Made by a program: the position numbers and the translations under genes
Notes under the pieces: model-generated
Told to the model about the DNA's origin: nothing
The model's database searches: none
What the model saw: the letters and a program-made list of their open reading frames with translations, nothing else
In this document: one piece after another, positions 1 to 13,714 of the stretch
Layout of the letters: each line of letters begins with the position of its first letter
How positions within the stretch are numbered: position 1 is the first letter of the stretch
Assembly (NCBI RefSeq): GCF_006345805.1
Contig: NC_043005.1
Location: 40,672,001 to 40,736,000, forward strand
DNA length: 64,000 bases
Direction of reading: 5' to 3'
Source: Octopus sinensis
Taxonomy: Eukaryota

Positions 1-1843
1 ATATATTAACTTCAGCCAAGCCACTTTCCTCAATGCACCACTGCATCATCCCTCATGGTTTTGGACTCTACCTTTACCTTACCTTCTACTCCAAACCCTT
101 CTATTGAGCCCATCCTCTTCCACAAATCCTGTTTCCTCCTGTGCCACCTTCTGATCCACACCGTAACAAATTCACAACCTCAACCTTCTTTCCCAGGCCT
201 GCTTTCTCTTCCTCTCCTTGCTTATTCATAGTTTCATTTACCACCTGAACCACCCACTTTCTCTATTTCATCACCTCCATTAAATTACATAAACTGTACT
301 CTCTTTCATGCCAATCACTCCTCCCCACCACCCTGAAGCTCATTTTCCTCTCCTAGTCTCCCTGCTCCTCCAATTCCCTTTTCCAGCCCATCACCTCCAC
401 TTTCCTACTTTACTTTTCTTTTGATGAAGGACCACTGAGATTCTTTCCTTTCCTTTCTTAAGCATTAAGTTATGCAATATCCATCAAAACTTGTCCCACC
501 TGTGTTGTCTTTTTCTCTTTTTCTTGTCTTCACTGTATAATTCAGCACAGAAAACTAAGTACAAGCTGCCAGCATGAAGATGGCCACAAAAAGAAGGTAA
601 TCATGTGCAAGAATGCCATTTTTGTTAATATAACATTATTAATATATAAATATCAAGATGTACTACTTTTTATGATGCTCTGTCACTGCCTGGATCTTGT
701 ACTTTTAACTATCCAGATATCTGTTTCATAAAAACTTATACAAAAATAATATTTTTCTGAGGCAGAAAGCTAATTTTTGTAAATGGAACCAAAGCATAGC
801 AAAAGTCAACTCTGGGACTTAATTGTACAATAACTATTTTATAATCTGAGAGGCATGAAATTTGAACTCAGAACAATGAAACTACAAATTCCTGGCTCTT
901 TTCTAGAAAACTTACTTCTCCTGCAGAGAAATAATAATCATCATCACCATTGTCACATTCCATTTTTTCATGCTGGCATAGTTTAAGTTGGATGCATCTG
1001 TAATACAACACCAAGTTATCTATCTTGATCATGTCTTATCTCAGACCTTGTGTTCTCCCATAACAAATTATTCCCAAGTCTCCTTTTATCTACTCCTACT
1101 GATTCAGGTATCTTCCAGTAAGTACTAAGCTAAAATAATTTTCACATAGTTACATATATGATATGAAAAGAGTCAGTGACTAACAACCATTTAAAGAAAA
1201 TAGGCAACCACCAACATTTTATATGAACACCTTTGTTGATAGCCTGGAAAAAAAAATTATTTATCAAACTTCATACATGCAAATACACAAAACAAAATAT
1301 AAATATGACAGCTATGATAGACAAAAGACATTTTTCATTTTCTATTATATAATGAATTGTGAAGACTTGTGGCCTTGGGATGCTGCACTCATAATTGCTA
1401 AATCATGGGTTCAACTCCCTCACTTAGTGAAATGTTGTTTTCTGAGCGAAACACTTCACTTCACATTGCTTCTATCAGCTCAGCTGTAAATGTGCAATCC
1501 TGCAATGGAATAACCTCCCTATCAGGAGAAATGTTGGTCTGCTTGTCTAGCAAACAGGTTAGCATCATTTGAAAGCTGAAATGATGCCAAGCACATTATA
1601 ACCAGCAATGTATAATGACACCTGGTAGTCTGGTTTATACCGTGATATACCATGATCAATAATAAATTGGATCGATCAATAGATTCTTTCTCAAAAACAA
1701 ACTTAAGATGTGAATATTAACAAAATAAGATTTGTTGTTCATTCACTAGTGTATGAGTTGTAAACACCTTATAAATTTTTACACTGCTTTTGGTTTCTTT
1801 AAAAGTGAAATGTAAAATAGTAAATAAAGGAAAAACTACCTAC

Positions 1844-1934
1844 CACCATAAGGGTTCAAAACATGCAAATAGTTGCTGGTGAAAGGCTAACCTCTTTGTT
1901 ATATAGCATGGATTGAGCAGAAGATTCCACTTAC
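1844..1934 (-). other. Candidate recursive splice site / RS-exon in the WDR47 intron (91 nt)
   Basis: The minus strand reads ...tttatttatatttcatgtattactttCAG|GTAAGT, a perfect juxtaposed acceptor and donor. A second donor GTG|GTAGGT lies 91 nt downstream. Confidence 0.5.
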
Positions 1935-2467
1935 CTGAAAGTAATACATGAAATATAAATAAAAATTCATTGAAGAAACAAATGCAGTTAATAGTTAAAC
2001 AAAAACACAGAATAAACTGGTAAGTAGAAACTTAAGAGTTTAGATTCTGGCACACTTGCTAGCTTCTTGAGCTGAAAAATTATTGGACAAATCTTTTTAA
2101 TGTACTTGATTTCATAAAGCCAGATTGAAAAGACCAGACAAAAAAAAAAAAAAAAAAAAAATCAAAATCAAGTAACCTAGTGAATGGTACTAGCAAGTCA
2201 AGTAGCAATTACAGCAATGCTTAAAGCAGCAAGTTGGCAAAATCATTAGCTCGCTAGGCAATATGCTTACCAGCATTTCATCCATCTTTATGTTCTGGGT
2301 TCATATGAATGCCCCTGGGTTCAACTTATCCTTTCAGGGTTGATAAATTAAGTACAAGTTGAGCACTAGAGTCAATGTAAACAATTCACTCCCTCCCTGA
2401 AATTGCTGGCCTTGTATAAAATATTTGAAACCAATACAGCAGCAATGTTTGTTATTGTTAAATTTAA

Positions 2468-2692
2468 CCCTTTAACATTCAGATAATTTTGCCACAGGTA
2501 ATGCTTATTTATTCACATTGTTTTCAGTTAATGGATGCATTATCTTGTAGCTTTGAGATATTCATGAGGTGACTGTTTATTTTGAGATGACTTACGAGGC
2601 CAGATTTGGTGTAGGAGGCCAGATTTGACTGTGATCAGCATAAAACAAGTGGTATATTTGGACCTGATATGGCAGGTTTAAATGCTAATGGG
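2468..2692 (+). mobile_element. piggyBac-type MITE, family A
   Basis: TTAA|CCCTTTA...TAATGGG|TTAA. The internal sequence is shared with many other copies in the window. Confidence 0.85.
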
Positions 2693-2914
2693 TTAAAATT
2701 CAAATTCCTTCCCAAACCTCCCTTAACTTCCCCCAGGAATTTCATGTGTTCAATATTCATGTACCTTATATCATTGTATGTCAATCATTTTGTTACCATA
2801 TTTCTTTAGAAATACACTGCCTTTATTTCAATTAATTTTGAAAACAATGAAAGCGTTTAGTTATGTAATTTTATTTACAAGTCCTAAATAAGCTGGTGTT
2901 TAGAACATACATTA

Positions 2915-3245
2915 GGAAGATCCCTTCAGTCAAAAAGCACCATGAGATTGCACCTAGAAAGTTACCGTCTGAAGCAAAAGTCTGGGCAATGTTGTTTATG
3001 GAAGACCAGCAGTTGCCTATGCATACCAGCCTCCTCTCTCCACATCATCAATGTTATCCACGGGAAAGGTAAAGGCTGATACAGCTTAACACCAGTATCA
3101 TTGCAACTCATTTCTACAGCTGAGTGAACTGGAGCAATATGAAATAAAGTGTCTTGCTCAAGAACACAACACACAGCCTGGTCTGATAATCAAATTCATG
3201 ACCTTATGATTGTGAGCCTGATGCTCTAACCACTGAGCCATGCAT
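2915..3245 (-). mobile_element. tRNA-derived SINE (CORE-like central block), nested in a MITE
   Basis: Shares catttctacagctgagtgaactggagca...tcttgctcaag...ctctaaccactgagcca with 30498-30849 and 63480-63700. Confidence 0.75.
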
Positions 3246-3288
3246 TTACAAGAAATTTGGTGGATGGTTTTAATATAGACAATTTTAA

Positions 3289-3508
3289 CCCTTTAGCATT
3301 TAAACTGGCCATATTTGGTCAAAATAATCTTCCTGTTTTATCTTCAAACAGGTCATATCCAGCCTCTCACACTTGCCCTACAATGTTATTCTGAAAATAA
3401 ACAATCACATCACTGAAATCTCAAAGAGACAAGGTAATGCATGAGTAATTCAAATCAATGTGAGTAAACAAGCATTACATTTGACAGAAAAATCTGAAAG
3501 CTAAAGGG
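3289..3508 (-). mobile_element. piggyBac-type MITE, family A (inverted relative to 2468-2692)
   Basis: TTAA TSDs at 3285-3288 and 3509-3512; CCCTTTAGC TIRs. Confidence 0.85.
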
Positions 3509-4428
3509 TTAAAGAATGAAGGATGATAAAAATAGAGTAGATCAACTGGACATGGCTGTGTTTGAATCTGGTCTCAGATGACAATGTATTATCAGAATGT
3601 GGTTGACTTAAGAAAGAAAAATCTTGGAACTTTATTATTTATTCAAAGAATTAATAATACCATTCCAACCCTTTAATTGTTTATACTAACTTTGCCAGGT
3701 TTTCCTTTTGAAATTAAGTAGATCTCTGTATATTGTCAACATTGTTCTTTATACAATTACCAATATTAATTTACTTTGGAAAACATTTACAAGTATTCTA
3801 CTCCAAAAGCCGAACCAGACATTAAATTAAAAGATTTCAATAACAAAGAATGGTCTGTAGCAAGAGGTTAAAACAGTATATTGATCTTGATTTCACCTGA
3901 AAACTACTCCTCCCATTAACACCATTAGGTCTGCATATCTCTTCACCTCCCAGCTGCTGATTTAACAAAGCCTAATAAACATACATGGTCAACGATTATA
4001 GAATTGATTTACAGTAAAAGACTAAACAACAGAGGAAGAAATATACAAAATAGTAATTTATGAAGTTTTAGTATTTCTAAGTCCTCAGCTGCTAGCATGT
4101 CTAGGTAATACAGTTAACGTACACTAAATCTATCAGCTAGTTTAACACCACCAGTTACCTTTCGAGTGCCTTTAGTAGTGTTCACTCTGTTGCAAGCATT
4201 CCAGCTAATTCACCAAATTGAGAGTAAGTTCATCCCTTCATTACATCAGTTTTGTAGGATCACAGAGTCAAAATTATACATAAATGTAAATTATTCTCCC
4301 AATAAATCTTTTTAAGTCACCATTATATATCATCTTATACTGTATGTCTGTCAAATAGAAATCTGGTCAAGATCATCCCTCTTTGAGCTAAACTCTTGGC
4401 AGTATTTGAACACCACACTGCTATTTAA

Positions 4429-4630
4429 CCCTTTCATTACTGTATTTATTTTGAGATGCTCAATTACTTTAAATATAACAAAGAATTTAGTAAAATAACT
4501 TAGTTATCATTCAGCTAATGTTAGGAACATAAATTGTAACTAAGGTTTGGTGGAAGATTTTAATTCAAAACTTATGAAAACAAGACATTTTTACCCAGAG
4601 CCGAATTCAGCCAGGTTGGTAACGAAAGGG
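4429..4630 (+). mobile_element. piggyBac-type MITE, family B
   Basis: TTAA|CCCTTTCATTAC...GTAACGAAAGGG|TTAA. Related partial copies lie near 2785 and at 61110-61345. Confidence 0.85.
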
Positions 4631-7410
4631 TTAAACATTCATGAGCTATGTCGTAATCTGTTATCCAAAGTATCTATTTGAAGCTAGCTTGACTAAGCTA
4701 GCAAAATATCTTGGGAACTAACACAATAGAGAGCCCTTCACATGATACAACCAAAGACACTTTGACTGACCATCATTCTTAATGCCAACCACTTTACAGA
4801 GTGTACTGGGTTCTTTTTTCATGGCACCAGCATTAGTTGGGGTCATCAAGTGACATGCAAGACAAGACTTCTTCACAGAGTTGGGGTGCAGTATTGAGAG
4901 TGGAGGCATTGTGCCAGGTGTAGAGAGACTAAAATAGGAAAAAGGGTCAGGAGTAGGAGTCTTGCTCTACAGAAGGTACATGTTCACTCCAGCAGGAAAT
5001 AAAGATAAGATGGACATGAGGTAGCAGAATATGCCCTCAAGGTAGAAGATACATAGAGAAAGAGTGGAAGTGTGTGTGATGATGGTTGGGTGGGCAACTA
5101 TTAAAATTGTACACCATGTTATACACATGCTAACCCCTTCCACTGGTTCACAATGACAAGCAACAATGTATAATGGATGCTATAAATGAACATGTACATT
5201 TGTGTTGCAATATTAGAAGAGTAAAATTAAGACTTTTTTGTGCAAAGCTTCTGTGGAAGTGCACGTGATTGATATAAATGAAAATCATACTTCTATGGAA
5301 TCATATTATTTATGTTTGTGACCCATTCAATACAGTTTTTATAATATCATATTTTCTTTTCCAGTTTGTCTTTATAAAAAGTTATGGAAGAGTGAAAATC
5401 ACACATATAATACAAAATAAACTTAGTTCTAGCCACCTTCTACACTTCAACCAATACATCAGTGTCACAAAATGTACTAAAAGAATTGTACTTGTAGATA
5501 CAGCAATAAAATAAATTAAAAGAAAAAGGAAAAAGCCAACTATTTTTTATCTAAAAAATATTATTACATCTACTGTTTTAGAACAGCAAGGGTTGCATGA
5601 ATAGGTATATTTACATATTTTGTAAACATTGCCAGTTGGATGAACTTATTTTCAGAATTTATACTTAGTTACCTCTTTGCAAATATTAGCTTCACTGCTT
5701 TGGATTCACAGAGATTTATTTTAGCTAGGCTTTTAGAAGCAAGCCAGGTACTGACAATAACTTTATATTACTCACAGTAATAACAATAAATCTATATTAG
5801 AGGTAGTATATGAACTCCAGACTTTTAGATCAATGAATCAAATCACTTAGCCATTATAGAATCTTTGAAATATTTTCACTCATCCTTATATCATAAGACT
5901 TCTTGAGCAGAGTTAACTACAGTAACATCAAAGACCCCTATAAAGGTCTACTGATGTTCCTTCTGCAAAAAGAAAACATGACTTTGGAATATATAATCTG
6001 AAGAAAGTTTAAGGAAACTCAAAATCAGAAAAGTCCAATGGTATTTTCTGCACATTGTTCTCAAACTTTATACACACTATGACACCAACTCATTCAAAAG
6101 ATAAATTTGAAAGTTCAACTCTCAAGATACTGACTGAAAAAAGTGGTAGAAATATTTCAATTTTACTGTAGATGACATAAGCATTATTGTTTCTGACTTT
6201 AACAGCAGAGAAAATTAAACTGAAATTGAAAAAATTTATATAAACAAATAGAATGAGTGATGCTGTGTTGTAAATAACTAAGTTTTCAGGACCAATGCCA
6301 ACCCACACATTGAGATAAGACAGAAATAGATTTTTTTTTTCCTCTTGAATATTTATACAGAATTATATCTGAAGTGATAAATACATCTGCCAAAAAACAT
6401 ATGGAACATCACCTCAATAGAAAATGGCATGAAACCACTGATGAAATGAGTCTTTCCAGAATGTCAGATCATGTTAGGAATAAATCCAGCAAATTATTTA
6501 CACAGGACCATGAATACATTTACTAAGTACCTAACTTGGATAAAATATTTTCTCAAAAACATTAAAAAAAAAAGTCTTGCTTTCATCTTGCTGATAAAAC
6601 AGCTAATCTTCTGAAGAACATTCTCTGCTATGATAAACTTACAGGCTGTCTCATGTGGATATATTGCAAAATAATTTTTAAAATGCTGAGTCTGTTTTTT
6701 ATGCTAGTGTTGGTTGGGCAGTTTGACAGGAGCTAACAAGCCAGAGTTGCACCAGGCTCCAGTTGTCTGTTTTGGCATGGCTTCTACAGCTGGATGCCCT
6801 TCCTGATGCCAACCACTTTATAGTGTTTTCTGAGAGTTTTTTCTTTTTACAAGGCACTAACATGGGGTATCTTTTTAACTTGATATCTCATTCCCAAACA
6901 TAATTCACATCTCTCTTTACAAAGAGGTCTGATCAACTGTCTCCAATATTGTGCAGCCGTCATGTTTGGTAATCTATTCTGAAGCAACAAATCTAGCAAC
7001 AAGAGGCTTTTGATAAACTATACAATCGATAATATTGGAAATTTAAACACATGAAGAAAGGTAAATAAGTTTGGGTTTGTGCCAATCTATACAGTGGTAC
7101 ATTAAACAACATGCAGGTTTAAGCCAAAAGAAAAGAATTGCTCATGTTTCTAAAGCAAACCTCAAAGACAGAATTGTAATGGCCTTGATGGAACCTTAAT
7201 TTTATTTAGTTTATCATGTTTACTGAAATAGTTTTTTTTTTACTTCCAGATTTGTACGAATGAGGAACATACATGTAAAATAAATTGATAAACTGAAAGA
7301 GAAAAAAAATTCAGAGAAATAAAAGGAATTTAATTATCTTATCTATAAATACAACCAAAGATGAGCAAGAAAACATCACAGACAAAAGCTGTAGTCGCTC
7401 TGGAACAAAA

Positions 7411-10210
7411 TAGAGGTGGTGCAAACATTTCCTCCATGATAAGGAGAATGATAAGATGGAACTGATAAGTTATAAATCCATTTGTTTTTTAAAGTTAAAT
7501 CTTTAACTCCTGATTAAAGGTATTGAAGCTACCTTGAGCTTATAATTTCTGTGCAGTTCATCTGATATTTTGAAGTAGTCAATTTAATATTTAGCTGAAG
7601 TGTTTGTTTGCATTTGAAATAGAAGTTCAGTCAAAATGAACAGAAAATAAAGTGATGGAAAGTTTACACTCTGTATACATTAGTAAATGATTCTTGTGAT
7701 TTAGTGAATAAGAATGATGATGCAGTGTCAACCAGGCCAACTAGTTCCAAGTGCTTGAAATATGTGAAGGGTAAGTGAATGTTATCTGTTATTCATTTTC
7801 AACTGGTCTGAATAAAAAAAAAACCCACCTTTTCACTGTCTCATTTCTTGGAAAAATTAAGCATGAAACAAATGATGCTAAGAAAATTATAGTTCCATTT
7901 TACAAGTCAACATTCATTTGGTAGGAAATCATGCTTCCCACAAATCTTAAAAGCAAGGCTCTACATCCTCTACGAAAAGTCAAAGGCCTCTAGTTTCTAG
8001 ATTTGTTGCTTCAGAATAGATTACCAAGAAAATGATGGCTGCACAATATTGGAGACGGTTGATCAGACCTCTTTGTAAAGACAGGTGTGAATTATGTTTG
8101 GGAATGAGGTTAGTGCTTTGTAAAGGAACACTCAGAACACACTGTAAAGTGGTTGGTACCAGAAAGGGCATCTAGCTGCAGAAACCATGCCAAAACAGAC
8201 AACTGTTGAGCCTGGTTCAACTCTGGCTTGTCAGCTCCTGTCAAACTGCCCAACCCACGCCAGCATGAAAAACGGACATTAAATTACGATGTTAATGGCA
8301 ATAATGATGACCACTCTCAAATGACAGTATATAAGAACGTTGTTAAGAATGTTAGCAGCTGTAGAAGATAGTATTTATATGTCCTTGAAAATTGATGAAA
8401 TGACAGGCATAACTGGGAAATGTTACTTGATGGGATTTGTTTTGTTTGCTCAGAATGATACAGCCAGCTTCCTTAAGCAAGTTAAAATAACTGTAACAGT
8501 TATTGGTATTTTTGAAACAAGATGTCCATATTTCACATTCAACAAAATGTCTGGGAAAATCTGTGTTGGAATTTGCACTGATGTTACTCCAGCCATGACT
8601 GGTATTCTCAAAGGTTTTGTAACACCAGCAAGAAACATTAACCTATACATAATTACAACTGTTTCTTAATGACCAATGCCTTGAAGGATAAACTGCCAGC
8701 TGTTATTGATGCTCCATGGTCCTCAAAAAAAGTCATATCTTTACACAGCTGTTTGAGTATGAATGCTTACTCTAAATCTCTTATCACTTTAATGAAATAT
8801 GGTTATTCAGAAGTAAAACTGTCACGTGTACATCAATTTAAAAAAGAAATTACACTCTTTCTTATCAGTGAAAATGAAAGAAAAATATTCTATCCCATTC
8901 ATGGATGACTTTTCGAGTGCAGACTGGCTTATATTGCTAATATATTTGAGCACATAAAGTTAGCATTAATATGTGTATATACTGATATGTTGCAGTAAAT
9001 ATCACAAATTGACAAAAAGCAATGAAAAGGAAGTCAGCTAGAGTTCAGGATAAAGGTGCAGGTATGACTGTGTGGCAAGAAGATGGTTTCTGAAACACAT
9101 GGTTTTGGGTTCAATCCTACTGCATGGTGCTTCGAACAAGTCTTGTACTATAGCCTAGATCGGCCAAATCCTTATGGGTGGATGATAAATGGATATTAAA
9201 AGAAGCCTGACAAATATGTATATGTGTGTGTGTATTTGTTCCTCACCACAACTGACAACTGGTGTTGATTTCTTTACATTCCCCTAACTTAATGGTTTGG
9301 GAAAAAGAGGCCAAAAGAATAAGGACCAAGCATGAAAAATAAGTACTATGGTTGATCTGGTTGGCAAAACACTTCAAGGCAGTGCCCCAGCATGGATCCA
9401 GTCTAAAACAAAGATGCTAAAACTAATGGAGAATGTATTGACTTCCAACTAACAAAACTGTTGTTCTCTGAGATAGAATTACAATGCAGCTTCATGATTT
9501 GAAAATTAATTAAAAACCCTAAACATGCTATACTCAAGTGTATAGAGTCTCATTTGCTAAGTCTTTTGTCTGCATTAACATGTTACTTTACAGACTGGAC
9601 ATCAAGTGGTATGACTTAAGGAGAAATCCTTTCATAGTAACCATATGAATGAAAGATTTCACATTTCAAGAACAAGATGAAGTTTAAAAATATCCTCTTT
9701 AGCTTCTGGAATTCAATAAAAAGCAAATGCCCAGTTTCCAGAGAGAGCAATAGCTATTTTGCTCCAATGCTCTGAGAACACAGTGCCTCAACCTGAAGAA
9801 ATTATACAAACAAAAAGAAAGCAAAAATTGGTATCCAAGATGACATGGGTGTGTTTGCTAAAACATCCAACCTAAGATTGACAGAATTTGGCAAAAATAC
9901 TAGCAAGAATTTTTTTCCTATCTCAATTTGTTTAAATTTATCATGCTCAACAGTCATAACTGTATAAATATAAGTTAATTGCAGAAAAAGATCAACAATT
10001 TTTTTTATTTTGCATATACTTTCATTGCAATAGAAATGAAGCACTATGGAATTTGGCAGGGATGGGCTGGCTACAAATGAGGTGCCATGGAATTTGGCAG
10101 GGATGGGCTAGAAATGAGGTACCATGGAATTTGGCAGGGATGGGCTAGAAATGAGGTGTTGCAGTACATTAGATACATAATTGTGTCATGAAACAATAAA
10201 ATTGAGAATT
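7411..10210 (+). mobile_element. Decayed hAT transposon (Buster/Charlie, ZBED5/8-like), interrupted by SINEs
   Basis: Translated remnants in order: BED-finger-like region near 7840; a 'HxIGExLIxP' block near 8040; PLSND near 8310; SLKIDEMT and CVGICTDVTPAMTGILKGFV (ORF 8340); LSRVHQFKKEITLFL; a LAYIANIF-like block near 8925; RNPF near 9620; a dimerisation-domain-like block at 9700-9900. The termini are approximate. Confidence 0.78.
10031..10158 (+). repeat. 37-bp tandem repeat, about 3.3 copies, in the hAT 3' subterminal region
   Basis: The unit tagaaatgaggtaccatggaatttggcagggatgggc repeats directly with no spacers. Confidence 0.9.
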
Positions 10211-12989
10211 ATAAATGGAATAAATTTTGCTGACCAGTTAAAGTTTAGTTATCAAGTATATAGTGCTTTTTACGCGACACCATTACAGAGCTTTTTACAT
10301 GGCATCATCACCAGTGCTTTGCATGTACCAATGCGAACATGACATGTTACTGCAAAGGTCACTTACTGACAAAAAGCAACAAACAATAAAAATGATGTCA
10401 ACAAGGGTTCTGGATGAAGCTGGATTGTCATCATCTTGAAGACTTCAAAATTGAAAAAAAAGGCAAAAATAAATTACCTAGAGTCAAAAACACATCACTG
10501 AGCAGGTAATGTGAAGAGGAAGGAGACCACAATAAAATTTTCAAAACACATTAAGCAATGTGAATGAATTACAGGTTATAGCACTTGCCAAGTTATATAT
10601 ATATAGATTGCTTTCAGCTACACCAACACACAATAAATATATATATATATAAGGAGAAAAACAATAAGTTTTAAATCACTGAGTGAGAAATAAGTAGTAA
10701 CAGTACAACAGAGTGAAGTCTATTTGCCAACGTAAAGTGGCAGTCCTGATTAGAATGATATTACTACCTTTTTTAGCCCCAGGAAAAAGACTTTTCTCTC
10801 TTATATATATATATCTCACTCAGTACCAAGTTCAAACCAGCTACAATAGATCAGCATGTGGTTCAAGTGACTCACTTTGCATCTGCTTATAAGCATAGTT
10901 GTGGCTGGTTTGGTTAAGAAGCTTGATTTCCAACCATGTGGTTTGGGGTTCTGTCCCACTGCACACCACTTGGTTAAAGCTCCAGGATGACCAAAGTCTT
11001 GTGAGTGGATTTAATAGACAAAAACTGCAGGCAGTCCATTGCATGTGTGTTCCCTTGTCATGATAGCGTGATGGTTGTAAAAAAAGCACCACCATTATAC
11101 GAGTAATATTGTTTATTCCCTATCTCCTGTAAAAAACATGTCTGACCATGAGAAATATTATCTTGCTTGGAAACCAGTAAGGGAATCTGACCAAGTAGCA
11201 GTCTGCCTGACCTGGGCTATGCACTTTTGTAATTCAGGAAAAGAATTAACTAGTTAATATTATATAGGAACTGTTACAAATTTAGAATGACAGAATCTTG
11301 TGCAAAGTCAGATCAATGGTTTTCACCATACAATTGGCTAGAAATAAATTAGAATTAAACTCCCCCACCCCTGCTGATAACCTTACATTGCAGACTGTCC
11401 TATCCAGTAAATAACACAAGCTGGATTATAAGGGACAAATTAAAATGAAATATATGTAAATCTATGCCTATATTGCTTCTTTCTTTTACCACATCTGCAG
11501 ACATGTATACACCCTCACCGCATAACCACACAAGCTAACAAGGGAGTCTCTACATAATTGCTCAACCCAGAAATAGCAACCAAACATCCATCATATGATA
11601 CACTGCTATCTTAAAAGAGATGATCATGGTTGGATTGTCTTTGATTGCTCAATCAGAGGAGACATGTAGCTAAACAACAATAACATCTCTGGAATTAGAT
11701 TATTATCTAAATTCATCAAGGTCAACCAGTACATTTTATTTCTTTTGCCCAATAAATAAGATAATACAGTTCATCAGATTAACCATTTAGCAGCAATTAA
11801 AATGCAAAATGACACTTAAATCTTGCACCAATGGTGAGATTTGAATTAGTATACAGACACTAATTTAAACAGTTGATGATGTGTGAAAAGAGGTAGTTTA
11901 ATACTTGATAAGAGAATTATACAATTCCATTTCATACTACATAAAAGCACTTTGTAAAAATTTGGTATTCCTATTCCTTTGTGGTTAAGGGAAATAGGTC
12001 CAGGAAAAGAAATAATATGCAGATGAATAAATAATAGCTGGATTATTGACCGAATGGTAATAATTTCAATCGTTAATACCTTGCCTATCTTAGCCTGTTA
12101 CACAATAAACTGAAAACTCATTCCATAATTGAATGGTTAATAGTAACAATTAGCATCCAGCCTTGCTAGATTCATCTTAGCAACACTTATAAAAGATATA
12201 AAATATAGTATGAACAGAAGATGAAAAGTATTTCCCCTGACCTAGTTCTTTAACCCAGTTGGATGTGTGTTTTAAGGAGTCAACTTCACAACCATATTGT
12301 TTCAGGTCAATTTCCAATGCATGGCCCCTAGGGAAAGTGTTTCCTACTATAGCTCAGAGCCAACTAAAGCCTTGTGAGTGGATTTAATAGACATAAACTG
12401 AAAGAAGCTCATTGTTTGTGTGTTTTGCATTTCCTTGTCTTGACATCGTGTGATAGTTGTAAATAAATGTCACTGACATACATAGTGTTGCTTATTTCCA
12501 ACTTTCCATGAAAATATGTCTGACTGGGAAATATTACTTTGCTTGGAAACAGGTGAAGGTCAACAATAGGAAGGGAACTGGGGTGTTAAAAATCTAGCAC
12601 TACAAACTATCCAATCCTATGCAAGCATGGGAAAGTTGATGTTAAAATGATGACAATAAAACTAGAGGAGAAATTTAAATACATATCTGCAGTTTACGAG
12701 CAGATCCCTATCCTCCTTTCTCTGTCTTAATCCAGACAAGAATGCCTAACTACCATTAGTTTATCTTAATACCTTGGTAGTTATCAACTACACGAAGACT
12801 ATCAATTCCCCAGTATGCCATCCTTACCCAGTGTTATGAAGGCCGTCTCAATTCTCAAATAGCTGACCTACCCATTACCATGGTGACAACCTCATTAATA
12901 CCAATTATCTATGACATACAAAATTTTAATCATCAATCAGATTACAAGGCTTACCTAACACAGTAATACTTCTTCCTTTTATGTCATGG

Positions 12990-13620
12990 AAAAATGATGC
13001 TTCACAGCTGTAGTGAAGGCAACCCATGGTAAGAATTCTATATGGTGCACCCAGTCTAAACTATGCACAAGAGGTGCAACAAAATCACAAGAAGCAAGAA
13101 AAGAGGAACTTCATTTGTAGCAGATGACACACTAGCATAATTAGTACTAAGTGCATTCCAGAAAAGAATTCTTTAAAAAACTCAAAATCATAGTAGCCAG
13201 AGTAAGAATGAGAAAGAGATGTTCAGGAAGCAATTTCCACTGTTGCAACATAGGCGTTCTCTTCATGAGTGAAGAGCAGCTTCTTTGTTGATTGTGCATA
13301 ATGCACAGTGCTGCATGGTAGCAATCATGGGTACTGAATGCAGAAAATGTGTGAGTGTGCTGTACTGCAAGTACAATGTTAATATGTGTGGAGAACAGAG
13401 CACAAATGGATTGAGAGAAAAAACTGCATCTAAGAGGATGCAAGAAAGGAGAGTCTGCTGATATGGGCAGTGAATCACATGGAGGATGACAGATGAAAAT
13501 AAACAACCAAAGTGAAGGAAATTGCAGCAGAAGATATAAGAAGAAGCTGAATCTCAAAAAGAAGTTGACAAAAGATTGTAACAAGTGGCAAGATGCTAAT
13601 GTTGGAGAAGACTCATCCAA
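12990..13620 (+). mobile_element. RTE-type LINE 3' fragment, decayed
   Basis: Remnants of a cysteine-rich 'NSIxCxxC' region, 'FRxxxPLL' and 'LHGSxxW' blocks typical of the RTE ORF C-terminus. Confidence 0.6.
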
Positions 13621-13714
13621 CTCATGAATGTAAAATAATGATGATGATGATCACGGTAATAATGATGATGACTTGAATGGCTAGTCGTTCCTATACTGCA
13701 ATAAATTACTATAA

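Noticed and set aside
10031-10158. 37-bp direct repeats resembling a CRISPR array
   Set aside because: No unique spacers, no cas genes, eukaryotic context; they are a tandem repeat in the hAT end.
10455-10500. Weaker AG|GT juxtapositions (here and near 3895, 12955, 16395, 17840)
   Set aside because: Poor polypyrimidine tracts or donors, or located inside repeats; expected by chance.
13147-13620. 157-aa minus-strand ORF
   Set aside because: Antisense of a decayed RTE LINE fragment.
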